Shown here: in pieces, positions 13,213-25,275 of the stretch
Layout: each line of letters starts with the position of its first letter
How positions within the stretch are numbered: position 1 is the stretch's first letter
Origin: Felis catus
Lineage: Eukaryota
NCBI RefSeq assembly: GCF_018350175.1
Contig: NC_058368.1
Location: forward strand, 81,222,001-81,286,000
Direction: 5' to 3'
DNA length: 64,000 nt
Notes under the pieces: generated by a model
What the model was told of the DNA's origin: nothing
The model's input: the letters and a program-made list of their open reading frames with translations, nothing else
The model's database searches: none
Made by a program: the position numbers and the translations under genes

Positions 13213-13759
13213 TTCCACTTTCCTAACAGTTTCATGTTTCATGGGGGTCATCTTCGCATCTTCCCGCTGAAGTGTTAGTTTCGGGATGTCCGCAAGAACG
13301 AGGAAGGCCAGGGCCAGCCAGGGCAGCTGGGTGAACGGGGCCCTAAGGGTTGGGCCTCAGGGAGCAGCCCAGACGCATCAGGAGGCTGAGTCGGTGGGGT
13401 CCCGCGGAGACCAGAGCATGCAGCGTCTCACCTAGACCGTCACTGAATGGTGTGGGTGCAGGCTTCTCCATTGGTGATGATGCACATGACCACACATGAC
13501 CTGGTGAACAGGTGTATCTGACTGTCACAAGGTGATGCAGGTGCATCTCACTGTCACGAGGTGATGCCTCTTTAGTTCTGGTGTCTGGAACGTTGGCGTG
13601 CTTCATTCAGACAGCCCTTACATTCTTTCCTACTATAAGTTTCAAAGACACGTGAGTGTCACCTGTCTGCTCGGGAACCGGGGTCCTGTCCTTCACACCC
13701 CTCCCTTCATGCGTTTTCAGTGGGACAACAGTGGATTGGCAGGTCTCCTATGTGTTCAC

Positions 13760-13870
13760 CTCCTTCAGAGAAGGAGCCTTACCTGCTTCTCATCAACCAG
13801 TGGATCCCAGCATCTCATGGAGCCAGGTACACAGCAGGCTCGCAGTAAATATATGTGGATTCAATTCATC
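13760..13870 (+). mobile_element. L2 3' end relic
   Basis: gagccaggtacacagcaggctcgcagtaaatatatgtggattcaatt resembles the L2 terminus. Confidence 0.45.
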
Positions 13871-13968
13871 GATTAAATTAATTTATTTCCAATCTTCACA
13901 ATCGTTCCTCTGAACATTAGTTCCCATTGGAAGATTGAGCAGACAAGAATATACAGACTGCCTACATT

Positions 13969-14068
13969 GGGGTACCTGGCTGGATCAGTCGGTAGAGCAT
14001 GTGACTCTGGATCTCGGGGCTGGGAGTTCAAACCCCACATCGGGTGTAGAGCCTGCTTAAAAAACAAA
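13969..14068 (+). mobile_element. Short tRNA-like Can-SINE (no CT tract)
   Basis: ggggtacctggctggatcagtcggtagagcatgtgactct...gagttcaaaccccacatcgggtgtagag plus A tail. Confidence 0.9.
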
Positions 14069-14076
14069 CATAGATT

Positions 14077-14295
14077 GGGGCACCTGGGTGTCTCGGTTGA
14101 ATGTCTGACTTGGGCTCAGGTCATGATCTCACAGTTTGTGAGTTCAAGCCCCGCATTGGGCTCTGTGCTGACAGCTCAGAGCCTGGAGCCTGCTTCAGAT
14201 TCTGTGTCTCCCTCTCTCTCTGCCCCTCCCCTGCTCATGCTCTGTCTCTCTCTGTCTCAAAAATAAATATAAACATTAAAAAAATTTTAAAAATA
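14077..14295 (+). mobile_element. Can-SINE (SINEC_Fc-type)
   Basis: ggggcacctgggtg head, ctcaggtcatgatctcacagtt, CT tract, A tail. Confidence 0.96.
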
Positions 14296-14494
14296 GGGCG
14301 CCTGGGTGGCTCAGTCAGTTGGGCATCCAACTTCAGCTCAGGTCATGATCTTACGGCTCGTGGGTTTGAGCCCCACATTGGGCTTTGTGCTGACAGCTCA
14401 AAGCCTGGAGCCTGCTTCAGATTCTGTGTCTCCCTCTCTGCCCCTTCCCCACTTGTGCTCTGTCTCTAAAAAATAAATAAACATTAAAAAAAAA
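14296..14494 (+). mobile_element. Can-SINE (SINEC_Fc-type)
   Basis: gggcgcctgggtggctcagtc head directly after the previous tail; own A tail. Confidence 0.96.
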
Positions 14495-14589
14495 GTAGAT
14501 CGACTGAATTAATATCGCCCTCAGGACATACTTAGGATGTTCTTGGTTTTTTTCTTTATCTTTTTCAAAGCCCTGATGTCATTGTGGGG

Positions 14590-14680
14590 AGTTACTCATT
14601 CTTCATTCATTTAATAGATATTGATCGAGTGGACAAAGTGAGGGACTGCAGATGAAACAGTAAGCAAGTCACCTGACCGT
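14590..14680 (-). mobile_element. L2 3' end relic
   Basis: cattcttcattcatttaatagatattgatcgag resembles the antisense L2 terminus. Confidence 0.4.
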
Positions 14681-16244
14681 GCACGGGGAGGGGCGGGCCA
14701 CAGACTGATACGAATCAGATGTATAACAGGTGAGGTGCAGAGAAACACCTCGGAGAACACCCAAGCAGGTGGGGCCGGGGGAGCAGGTGCTGGGAGCATC
14801 CAGGAGAAGGATGAGCCAGGACCATCAACACGGTGCCCAGCTGCTCGCCCGGCCTCCTTCAGCGCTGCTTGCTCGTTGGGGTTTCGCTCTTCTCCAAAAG
14901 TCAAGAGGAGGAAGGACATCCCCTGAGTTGTCGTGGTCAAGGGCATGAGCCCAGCGTTTGAGGCTTCATGCAGCCGGGGAGAGGTGGGGCTGCAGCTGGG
15001 AGGGAGCGGGGGCAGCCCAGGACTGGAGGGCGTCCCCAAGAAGCGCGTGCAGTGGCTGCCGCCTCGTGTGGCCCCTGGAGCCCACGTCACTGGTCACGCT
15101 TCCCTGATGTGTCCAGGTCAACGCTGGCCCCAGAGGAGCTCACGAGTTAACACGTCTGTTTCCAGGCGAATAAACAATAACAGTCATGCTGGTACAGAAA
15201 CAAAAGTAATGTGTTCGTGCAAACACACGTGACGGAGGCTCAGCAAACTTGAGGCCCGTGTGCGTTGAGCCCTGAGGAACAGGGCTCGTGCTGTCACTTC
15301 TGCTTGGTTCTCACCAACGCGGAAGTGACTGGAAAAGCCGGATGCGTCCTCAGGTGGTTGTGCATGTTGTTGAGAATCAAACTCTTGCCTGAAGCAGAAC
15401 ATCCTAGTGCCAGGAGGCTCGCTGGCCGCCGTGCACGGAGAGGGAGAGGCACCCCGTCATGGCGGGGTGTCTGGGGCTCACAGAGCAGAGACACCCACAG
15501 AAGAGCCCCAACCCCGCCGCTCGGAAGCTTCGGGCAAGTTGCCCGACCTCAGGGCCTTCGCATCTGCTGCTTCCTCTGCCCGTGACACTCTGTCGCGAAC
15601 ACACACTTGGGCCCAACGCTGTGCTCCACCAGGGCCTTGTCTCTGTTAGATGGGAAACCAGCCTCAGGCTTCCTGGCCTCGTTCTCCAACAAGCTCTTCT
15701 CACTACCTGACATCCTGCATCTTTGATTTGATCAGGCATGCTCTCCGTCTGGCACAGTGTAGACCCTGTGAGAGCTGGGACACGCATGTTTGTTTGCCAG
15801 AGCACCCGGGGCCATGTCATAGTCACTGCAGAGCACAGCAAGGACCCCAGCCAGTGGGTGCAGTCCTGCCTGCGTGCCCTGGCTGGCCGGCTTCTGCTAA
15901 GCTCCTGGGGAGGACGGGGGGCTGATGCCCTCACGCAGGACGAAGGCCCTGGTGCCTCTCACCCAGGGACTGCAGGTGCTATGTTAACTGACCTCTGTGT
16001 CCCATCTTAAGGGGCCAATGGCTCAGACACACTCCCAGGACTTCAAAGCAAGCCCCTTGTCCCCTAATGACCTATAACCTCAAACTTCATAGGTACTGAC
16101 GGGCTGTTGGAGCCACGTGCCTTTACAACTTGCGTGGCAGTGTCTGGCCTTGGTCTGTGGGACACCAGAGGCTTTTTGAGGGGAAAGTAACAGAGAGCAA
16201 CCCTCAGGCTCCTGGACACATACTGCAAAAAATTAAGAACACAT

Positions 16245-16680
16245 TTCCTTTTTTATTGTGGCAAAATATACATGACAAACCCTAAGCTGAACCATGTTTA
16301 AGTTACAGATCAGGGCGTCAAGTGCACGTCCCTACGCAGCCACCACCTCTGTCTGCGGAACTTTTTCGTCTTGCGGACTGGGTCTCTGCACCCACTAGAC
16401 ACGGCTCCCCAGCCCGCCCGCCAGCCCCCAGCGCCCACTGTCCGACTTTCCGTGCCGGGGTCTCTTGGGGTGTCTGTCCTTCTGTGTCTGGCTCATCTCA
16501 ATGTGCCCAAGCTTCACCCATGTTGTAGCAGGTGCAGGAATTTCCTGACTTATTAAGGCTGAGTAATTCCGTCGTGTGGATGCAGACTGCTGTGTCCATC
16601 CACGAAGGGCCAACACTCACTTGCGTTCTTCCATCTTTTGGCTGTTGGGGAAAACACTGCTAATTGTGTGAGTGTGCAGG
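16245..16680 (-). mobile_element. Old L1 (L1MB-like) 3' end
   Basis: ttttattgtggcaaaatatacat...cttctgtgtctggctcat...cccatgttgtagca...taaggctgagtaattcc are antisense L1MB hallmarks. Confidence 0.75.
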
Positions 16681-17329
16681 CACGACTCAGCTCCCCTGTG
16701 AAGCCCGTGTTCTCGGCTGGGTGTGGATGTTGAGTCCTTCCTCATAACCACAGGGAGGTGAGCTTCATCCCGCACGTCCGACCCGCTGGGCCCAGCGCTG
16801 CGTCATGGCAGGAGGCGCTGCTCTCTGCAGGGACGTCCGGGGCCCCGAAGAGCAAGCTTCACGCTGTGTGTTTGGAAAGGCAGCCCCTGGGAAGGGGTGG
16901 TGGCTCCTGGGGTTGCCGGTGGCCTGGGCCCTGCCCCCATTCTGTGTGTGATGACGACAAGCCGGGGTCGGCCAGAGCCTCTGTCGGGCGCCCACATCCG
17001 CTTGGGATGTGAAGATGGCCCACCACACGCAGCCCGGCTCACGGGGAGAAGGGGTGCCTCCCCCACGGGTGGCCGGCTGGCAGGGCAGGAGGGGTGCGCT
17101 GGGTTTTCGTCTCTGGGCGTCTCCCCCTTCTTTCCTCCGGGCCTAACACAGTCGAGAGCAAAACGTCCATCACGTCCCAGCAGGTGGCCTCGGGTGCGCC
17201 TGTGGGCTTCACCGCCCTCGGTGACACCCAGGGACCCAGGCCGACCTCCAGGATTCCATCTTCTCTCATCTCGCCGGGCCGCGTGGTTTCAGATGCGGCA
17301 GCCTAGACGTGCGGCCTGCCGCCGCCGCG

Positions 17330-17900
17330 ATCCATTACGCTGTCAGCCAGGCGGGGGCCTCCGTGCGGGCCAAGTGTCAACAGAAGGTGAGGAAGGAAAT
17401 CAGCCACAATCTAAGGCTAATTACCCTGCCTAGAAGTTAATTAAATGCTTGTTAAGAGCAGCAGGGTAGATCCCAATTCAACTTGTCTAATAACAGTCCC
17501 CTGACGTTCCCGGACACTGGGATTCGTACCGGGCTTCAATAACTCTGCCGAGGGCAATAATATCCTGTCACGTCTCAGAGTCGGGTGGCCTCCACGACGC
17601 ACGGGCCTTGGTATTTTCTGCACTAATTTGCCACATATCGGGCACTTCGTATGTGTTTAATTTACACACGTTTTAATTTAGGGGACGCTGGATTGTTCCA
17701 ATGATTTTGTCATTTCCCCCTTTTTCCAAGAGGAAAAGAAAAGGAACAAAAAAATAGCCCACGAGCTGCAGAAGCGGTCAGCAGCACTATTTTGTATGAT
17801 TTGGGGTAATGACCATGATTAATGCTTGTTTATTGTTATATCTCTTGTGTTATGTAAATAAAGCTGTGGCCTTCTCCTTCCAATTTCAGGGTGGTGCGGC
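17330..17900. promoter_or_regulatory. Candidate conserved non-coding enhancer block
   Basis: Non-repeat, relatively AT-rich island with TAATTA, TTAATTAA, CTGTCA/TGTCAA and TGTAAATAAA motifs; conservation not tested. Confidence 0.5.
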
Positions 17901-18819
17901 TGCTTTCATTTGGAAGCGAGCAGAGGGGGGCGGGGAGAGCCTTGCCAGCCTGCGGGTGCGCTCCGAGCCTCCGCCCGGCGGTGCCCACCCCGGAGCCACC
18001 AGCCCGAGTGGGGGGAGCCGGCACCACCCGGACCAGGCCTCCCTCCCCCATCCTCTCCCAGGGACGCGGGCTCTGCCAAGGCTTGCAGGGGAGTGAGAGC
18101 CGCCACCCCCAAATGAGGCCCTGCATGAGGAAGCCAGCTGGCGGGAAGTGGGGGTCAGCAGGGGAGCCGCAGGCCCCAGACTGGCAGCCACGAGGTCCTT
18201 CCCTGTGTCCTTCCGGCCCCCACGGGAGAGGAGCGGCAGGCGCGGAAAGAGAAGTTCGCGGCGGTGTGTGTCTGGGATGGTTCGGGGACTGAGGAGGGCG
18301 AGAGAGGAGGTCTGCCGTCCCCTGTCCCTGCCGGCACTTGGGATCAGACACGGTTGTGTTCAGAGGCAGAATGACAGCGCCACAAAGGAGTTTCCGGTAA
18401 ATGCAGGTTTGGGGTTGCTTGTTGTCTTTGTAAGAAACACGTTAATGCCTCTTAACCGGATCCTGACTTGTGACCAGGTTCTGCTGTCCAGCCAGTGAGT
18501 GGTGGTGCCGTCCGCGTGAGCCACCCTCCAGCGTGCTGGCCGCGTCTCTGGAAAAGGACGCCAGTGACAAACGTGGTTGCTGACAGAGCAGGCTTTGTCC
18601 AGAGCGGCCGGGAGGCTGCGTGCCAGGCGTAGGGGAGACTCAAAGTGGGATCGTTGCTTCCTCACAACGTGGGCATGCTCGGTTGTCCTCCAGAAGCCCA
18701 GGTGTGGGTGTGCGAGGGCACTGCGTCCACCCGCTCGCTTCTGCACACGGGGCCGCCGCGCAGCCCAGCCAGGCTGTGCCCTGACCTGCCGGCCTGTCCG
18801 CGTTCCTCAGGAGACGGGG

Positions 18820-19340
18820 TGGTGAAAGGGTTAATCGAGAGCCCCCCCCGCCCCCTTGCATTTACACCTCCTCTCCAAACAGCATGAATTAATGAAAAGA
18901 TGTAAGCACTCAGATCTTTGCTGGCAAGAATGCTTGTTGAAATAATCAATTAACCTTGGAAGATCCAATTGACAGGGCTTAAGTGCAAAGTTATTTAAGA
19001 TGCCAGATTATCTAGCCAGATGATTGCATTCGCTGCGACGCAAGAAGGCGGCAAGAATGCTTCTGAGAAATTTCAAGGCTCCAGAAAGATTTAACGTTAT
19101 TTCCCCACAGAATTAATCTGCCCATTAGAACATGCTTTAACCTCTCACAAGTAATATCCTGGGATGACTTTAATTTACCTTCTTCCTTCTTTGATACGGT
19201 GAAAAATGACCCCAAGACAGCAAACATATAGATCCGTTTCACACTTTGGCTTTCCTTTCTTTTAAAATTGTTTTTGAAATGAACGAAATCTCAATCTATA
19301 TCCACCTTTATTTTAATCCAGAGATTCTAAATCCACGGAC
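18820..19340. promoter_or_regulatory. Candidate conserved non-coding enhancer block
   Basis: gaattaatg, TAATcaATTA (18943-18952), aattgacagg, aattaatctg, cccattag. Confidence 0.5.
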
Positions 19341-19739
19341 GCACCCGCTGGATGTCCCTCACTCGGCAGGATGCGATGCTGACTGTCGTCGAATAGAGAC
19401 GAGAGCGTCTCACTCAGGCAGTGCCTCTGTGATGAAACTCTCATCGTATGAGCCCCGCACGCGGCCTTGGGGTGGGGGGCCCTCAGCACGTGGCATCAGT
19501 GGGTACGTGTGACACGTGACCGACCGTGGCCAAGTAGTGCCGGGGACGTCAGCTCTGCAGGGCAAGGGGCAAAGGTGGTTTCCTTTTGGATTTGTCCTGC
19601 TAAGCGATACGAGATGAGCGGTTGGTTGTGCACGGATCGTGACTTACTCCACGCTAAGGAGCCATTCACAAGATGCGAGTGTTGCTATAATTTGGAGGAG
19701 TCGCTGCAGAAGCGAACGTAATTCCGACTCTGCGTTCCC

Positions 19740-20100
19740 CGACCCTGGCTAGCTCCATGACAGTTTTTGTTTCCTATGAAAGCAGCCTGCTTATTGGTAA
19801 TTCCTTTAAATAAAGGAATTATTTTCCCAAGCAATTTGTTTTGATTGTGCTACGTTCTAGTTCGGCCTCCTCTGCTGCGATGAAAGAAAAAGAGCTAATC
19901 TGGCTGGTTTACGATCTTGCTGCAAATAAAAGACAAGTGGAAAATGAAATTTTCGAAAAGCTAAACTCCTAATTTTTGTGACAAAATGTGAATGAAAATG
20001 ATGAACTTATTCATAAGAGATGGGAATTTTGAAATGAATGATTTACGGGTATAAGCATTAAATATATTAATTTAGGACGGAGGCAGCAGATGTAAATGTT
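19740..20100. promoter_or_regulatory. Candidate enhancer block with 24-bp inverted repeat
   Basis: AT-rich non-repeat block; inverted repeat at 19798-19821. Confidence 0.35.
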
Positions 20101-20354
20101 ATTCGGTGGCCGAGTGCAAAGGACGAGGTGTAGACAGTGCGCATAGTCACGCTGTTTGGGGGAGCGTGAATCCAAGAGCCCAGGGAATGAAATGAACCAG
20201 TGGGTGGTGGGGCTGGTGCAACACAGCTGAGTGTTTGTGTCCATCCTGACGGCCCCGAGTTCGTGAACGCACCCACGAACTACACTTTGAGCCCTACGGG
20301 GCTCAGCAGCTTGGCATTCTTTAAGAGTACGTGACTAGCCGTAACTCTGGACAT

Positions 20355-20566
20355 CAGTCTCCACATTATTGACGTTGGGGGTCCGATCATTCTTTGTTCT
20401 GGGGGTGGGGTGCCTTACAGGATGTTTAGCAGTATCCCTAGCCTCTACCCACTAGATGCCGGGAGCACCTCCCTGGCCCCACGGTTGGGACAATCAGATT
20501 ACCTCCAGATGTTAGCAAATCTCTTAGTCCCTAAGAGAAAAATAGCCCCCAACCAGGAAGCCCTGC
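20355..20566 (-). mobile_element. MER20 (hAT-Charlie MITE)
   Basis: attattgacgttggggg...attctttgtt...aggatgtttagcagtatccctagcctctacccactagatgcc...ctccagatgttagcaaat follows the reverse complement of the MER20 consensus. Confidence 0.85.
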
Positions 20567-21389
20567 TGTAACCTGACGGCCCATGGCCCCGTGAACCTTG
20601 TGCTCAGGCCTTGTCAGAGATAGGGGTGCCTCGAGGCTAAGGACACATAAGGCTCAGGACCCCTCACTTCCACAGGCCCTTAGAAGGCTCCATACCTAAT
20701 TTTGTATTTATAACTCAAAGTTTGCAATTTTTCACATCTTTATTAAAGAAGACACCCCAAGTTCAAAAACTTTAGGCTCCATAAAACCTGGGCCTGCGCC
20801 TAGGTCTCAGTTGATAGTAATCAACTTATTTTATAGAACCCAAATCTGTTCAAAATGGCCTCCTACTTCTTTCCATATCGGTGAGTTTGTTTGTCCCTTC
20901 AGTTAATGAGAGTGTCCCCATCTGAACTCAATATCCCCGGCCTCGTGGAGCCTGATGAGGTTTTGAGCAAAACAATTCAGGCTCCCCTGACATGCTCCAC
21001 CCCCTTGTGCTTGGAGAAAACTTTCACAATCGAGGAAGCCACAGGCCCCTGTTTTCATTGCCTGAAGATTCCACACAAATGTAGGTCACCAACTAAAAGT
21101 TCTACTAATGATTTTTCATAAAAATGCTTTCAGATGAAAAATTCCTTGAGGAATAATCCCAGTCCTGGCCAACATCTTCTTGATTCTTAAAATATAGTGA
21201 GGGAAATGAGTTGCAAAGACTTTCAGTGTGTATTTCCTACTGAAACCCTCTCTTGGAGAAGTTAGAGCTCTGGAATAATCAGGTGGATGGCAGGCCTATA
21301 TAAAAATGACTCACTCCAACTATCTGACTGTGTACTCACTCTTAAATCCTTAAAGACTTCTTGACTGTTCACTAAAATTAAACCTGGCA

Positions 21390-21580
21390 TTGATGAATGG
21401 ATAGAGGGATGGATGGAGAGGTGGATGGATGGGTAGATGGATGGATGGATGGATGGACGGATAGATGATGGATGGATGGATGGATGGTTGGATGGACGGA
21501 GAGATAGATAATGGCTGGGTGATGGATAGATGGATGGATGATGGATCAATGAAGAGATGGATAGATGGATGGGTGGATAA
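21390..21580. repeat. (GGAT)n degenerate tetranucleotide microsatellite
   Basis: Directly visible. Confidence 0.95.
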
Positions 21581-24202
21581 AAGAATAGATAAAGAAAAAA
21601 AAAGAATAAAGAGATTGCTTTTTCCATTTTATTTCTCCTAAAAGGGAAACCAAGAAGTTGTTATCAATGGGCAACATTGGCAGAACTGGGAATTTGGGGG
21701 AGATTATGGGAGCTGTGAGGGATTTTCACTTTTCATTCTGTACTTTTCTTTAATGTTTGCATTTCTTCGTAGTGTATGAATTATTATTATGTGGGTGGGG
21801 TTATCTGGTTGGTGGAATAACAAACGGGTTGTTTGTTTTCTTATGTATATATTTCAATATTTTTAATGACTGAACTTTGAGTGATGAACCCATCGGGGAG
21901 CCTCCTGATGTATGGTTTACACATTTTCACCTCATTTTTGCTAAATGTAGCAGACTCTCGCAGTTACTTCTTAATCTTCTCATATTTCTCATATCATTTC
22001 AAACCGCCTCATATCCTTCGCTGAATGAGGCAGTAAAGAAATAAATATCTATGAAATATATAAAATGATATTGTTGGACCTCAGGCAAGGATACAGAATA
22101 AAGCAACATAAACGTTTTTACTTACTGTGCCCCCAGGCGGCACCTCTACCTAAAAAGAGCAGTCATCCCTTTCTGACTGCACCCCGGACCACCAGGATTT
22201 CCACAGAGAGCTCAGCTGCTCTTTAGCTGTTCCCTGTTAGCCTGGGGCACCTCCATGTGTGTGGGAAGGGAGGGTGGGAGTCCTCCCACTCTGCGTTCAG
22301 CCACGGAGCCCCTCCTGCCTCCCAGGCTCCTTGCCCTCGACTTGTCCTGCCATGTCCACCTGTGTGCTTCCTGCCAAGTGGGCTGGAGACAGCAGCCAGG
22401 CTTGTGCAGCTGACCCCAGTCTACCCAGGGCCTGGGGCACGGTCTGCCACAGAGAGAAGTGCTCCATGGAGGAAGGAAGGGTGAGATTCAACAAGTACGG
22501 GTCTTCCTTCTCCTCTTCACGCATTAGAGCTGCCTGAGCTAGAAGTGGTCTCTCCTTTACTGAAATGATCTTTTCTTCCATGAAGTTGTAGTCAGAAAGA
22601 CACTTCTTACCACCGCCTTCGGTAGCTGCCTCCTCCAATCTGGATCACAGAGCAACTGTTCAACCTGAGAAACCCCTTGAAAAGGCCGTGTTCTACTTCT
22701 GTTGCAGATGGGCACGCGTATCTGTATGGTAAAAGCTGGTTGATGCCCCGTCTCTGGACCATTCACCGACTGTGGGTCCGTGGTCGTTCTGGGCCATTCG
22801 CCGACTGTGGCTGCGTGGTCGTGGACGCTGATTTTGCAGCTCCACTACACTTTGGTGGCCCTGCTCTGGAGGACTGCCCTCTGCAAGTCCCTCGTTATTT
22901 CTGATCTGGCTGGAAAGCTGCAGAACTTTCCAGCCCTGGGCCACTGAGGGACGCCAGTTCTTGGCTCAGGATGCTGGCCAAGCTCAGCAGCCTCCCTGTG
23001 CCAAAAGGCCCGAGGAACTCCCTTCGCCTCCCTTCACACCTCACCAAACCTAAGACACTCTCCAGGTCCACTTTGTCACTCGGCCCCAAAGCAGCATGGC
23101 TGCCTGGTCTCAGCCGGCCCAGCCCTGGAGATAGTGTCTGCGGCCTCCGGAGGGCCAGTAGACCTGCAGACAGCCTTCTCTCTCCACTTCCAGTCTCTCC
23201 TGCCTCGGCCTCAAGCCCCGCCCCCAGACAGGGCCACACCCCTCGCAGGAGCAGTCCCTGGACTTCGCAGGAGGTGTCCCTGGACACCTCCCTGGTGAGG
23301 GAGGTGGACAGACGGAGGCAGCAGCACCCTGCCAGGCTCTGGGTTGTCATTATAGCTACACGTGGAGCCACGATGCCCTGAGCCGGCCTTTAGCCAGCGG
23401 GGCTGGACCCTAGACACCCCGCACCCTGACGTGGGGTGGTGTATTCTCCCGAACGCACATCTCCCCAGGCAGATGCTGAGACGCCGGGGTGTGGGCACAG
23501 CACAGCCCCCCTGGGCAGGTCCAAACAACTGGCCGTTCACACAGAAACGCAGCCGTCTGCTCCGGGAGATACCTGAACTAGGAGCAGAAAGCGAAAGGCG
23601 TCCTCAGGGTGAAATGCATGTGCCTCTATCTGGGGAGACTGCAGGTTCTCACGGCCAGCCCAACCCCTGGCCACGGTCCTCGGTTCCGAGATTGCGCTCG
23701 GTGATCACCTGCTTTTACCTCCTAAGTATGGAACTTGAAGTGCTAGCCTCTCCCTCAACAAGACCCTACTCAAAGGTTTTCTCTGGAAGGATGGCTTTAA
23801 CGTCACAGCCAAGAGAAAACAAGAACGAAGACTGAGCTCAGTTTTTGTCCCATCCCCAAGGGTGATACGGCTCAGTGTGGTCCCACCCCCAAGAGTGACA
23901 CGGCTTCCTTGCTTCCCCCAAAATTGTGGATAGGGGCTCGGCACAGATGGAAGGGTCTTCTCTCTTCTGCTGGTGCCCTCGGGCGCCTCTGGCAGCAGTG
24001 GGGGGAGGGCCGGTTCTCTGCACTGAGATCAGGGCCTGTGAACCCAGCACGAATTCTACTCACTGGGCTGTTGTTAGACAAAACCGCCCCCCCCCAAACC
24101 TTGCAGAAACCTGTGTGTCTTGCCTCATGCTCTTTTGAAGGTAAAGCTTCAAGCCAGCTAACCTCTGAATTTTTCATAGTATCTTTTGAAAATCAGTTAA
24201 AA

Positions 24203-24495
24203 ACACGATTTCACTTATATGTGGGATTTAAGAAACACAACCGATGAACACGGGAAGGGAAGGAAACATAAGATAAAAACAGAGGGAGACAACCCATAAG
24301 AGACCCTTATATAACGAGAACAAACTGAGGGTTGCTGGAGGGGCGGGGATGGGCTAGATGGGTGACGGGCACTGAGGAGGGCACCTGTTGGCATGAGCCC
24401 TGGGTGTCGTATGGAAGTGATCAATCACTGTGTTCTGCTCCTGAAGCCAAGACTACACTGTATGTTAGCTAAATTGGGTTTAAATAAATAATTTT
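24203..24495 (+). mobile_element. Carnivore L1 3' UTR fragment
   Basis: gatttcacttatatgtgg...gagaacaaactgagggttgctggagg...gaggagggcac...acactgtatgttagctaa...taaataaat. Confidence 0.9.
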
Positions 24496-25169
24496 TTTTA
24501 AATCCCCTTAAAAATTGGTTTTGGTTGGGTTAGCCAAACTCTGATTTTAAATCCTACGTGGATTATGAATCTGCAGATAAGCACTGCAGACCCAAAGCTC
24601 TCAGGCACGTCTGGGGTTTTCGAGGGAGCTCCCGGGGCGGGGTAGAGGCACTGCTTACTCGCTCCGCAGCCTGGTGTCCAGAGTCACATGCTCCTGCTGC
24701 CCCGTGACACGTCAACAAACAGCACAAGCAGGGAAGTGTCTTTTCTTGCACACTCTGTGCCTCAAGTTCATTTCCTCTCAAAGCCCCATCTTGGAACCCT
24801 TGAACCCCATCACCCTGAATGCTTCCAGCCCTCTCCTCCACGTGAGCTGGGCATCTCCCCAGAGGAGATGGGATCCCATGAGAAACTCAGGCTCTTCACT
24901 CAAAGTCAAGGACATGATCTAAACCACTGACGACAACTGCCCGGAAACAGAAGTGCAGGCCCCGATTGGTGGCTGCTCCGTGACAGCGCAGCGCCCCTGC
25001 AGGTCCTGGAGTCTTGACCCCACCCGTGCCTTCTGCCTGCTGGGCTCCAGTCAAGACGACAAAGATGGCCAGCTTGGTAACACATGGCACCTACCACATG
25101 CCAGTCACAGCCCACTTCTCTCCACAGGCTAACGCACCAGGTGTCCATCCCAACCACCGTGTGGCGGGG

Positions 25170-25275
25170 ACCTTGATTGTTACTCCCATCAAAGGGGGAG
25201 AAGCTGAGTCAGGAGACATGAAGAGGCTTGGCCAAGGCCACACAGGGGTCAACTAGTAAAGTGAGTGGCTCAGGG
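25170..25275 (-). mobile_element. MIR relic
   Basis: ctcccatcaaagggggagaagctgagtc...cttggccaaggccacacag. Confidence 0.5.

Noticed and set aside
13969..14068. tRNA gene (also 62685-62780)
   Set aside because: tRNA-derived SINE heads with A-rich tails and a degenerate cloverleaf.
21262..21627. 121-aa His/Pro/Ser/Ile-rich ORF
   Set aside because: Translation of the (GGAT)n microsatellite.
22297..22638. 113-aa Glu/Lys-rich minus-strand ORF
   Set aside because: Non-ATG start, runs into a probable L2 relic, no recognisable homology.
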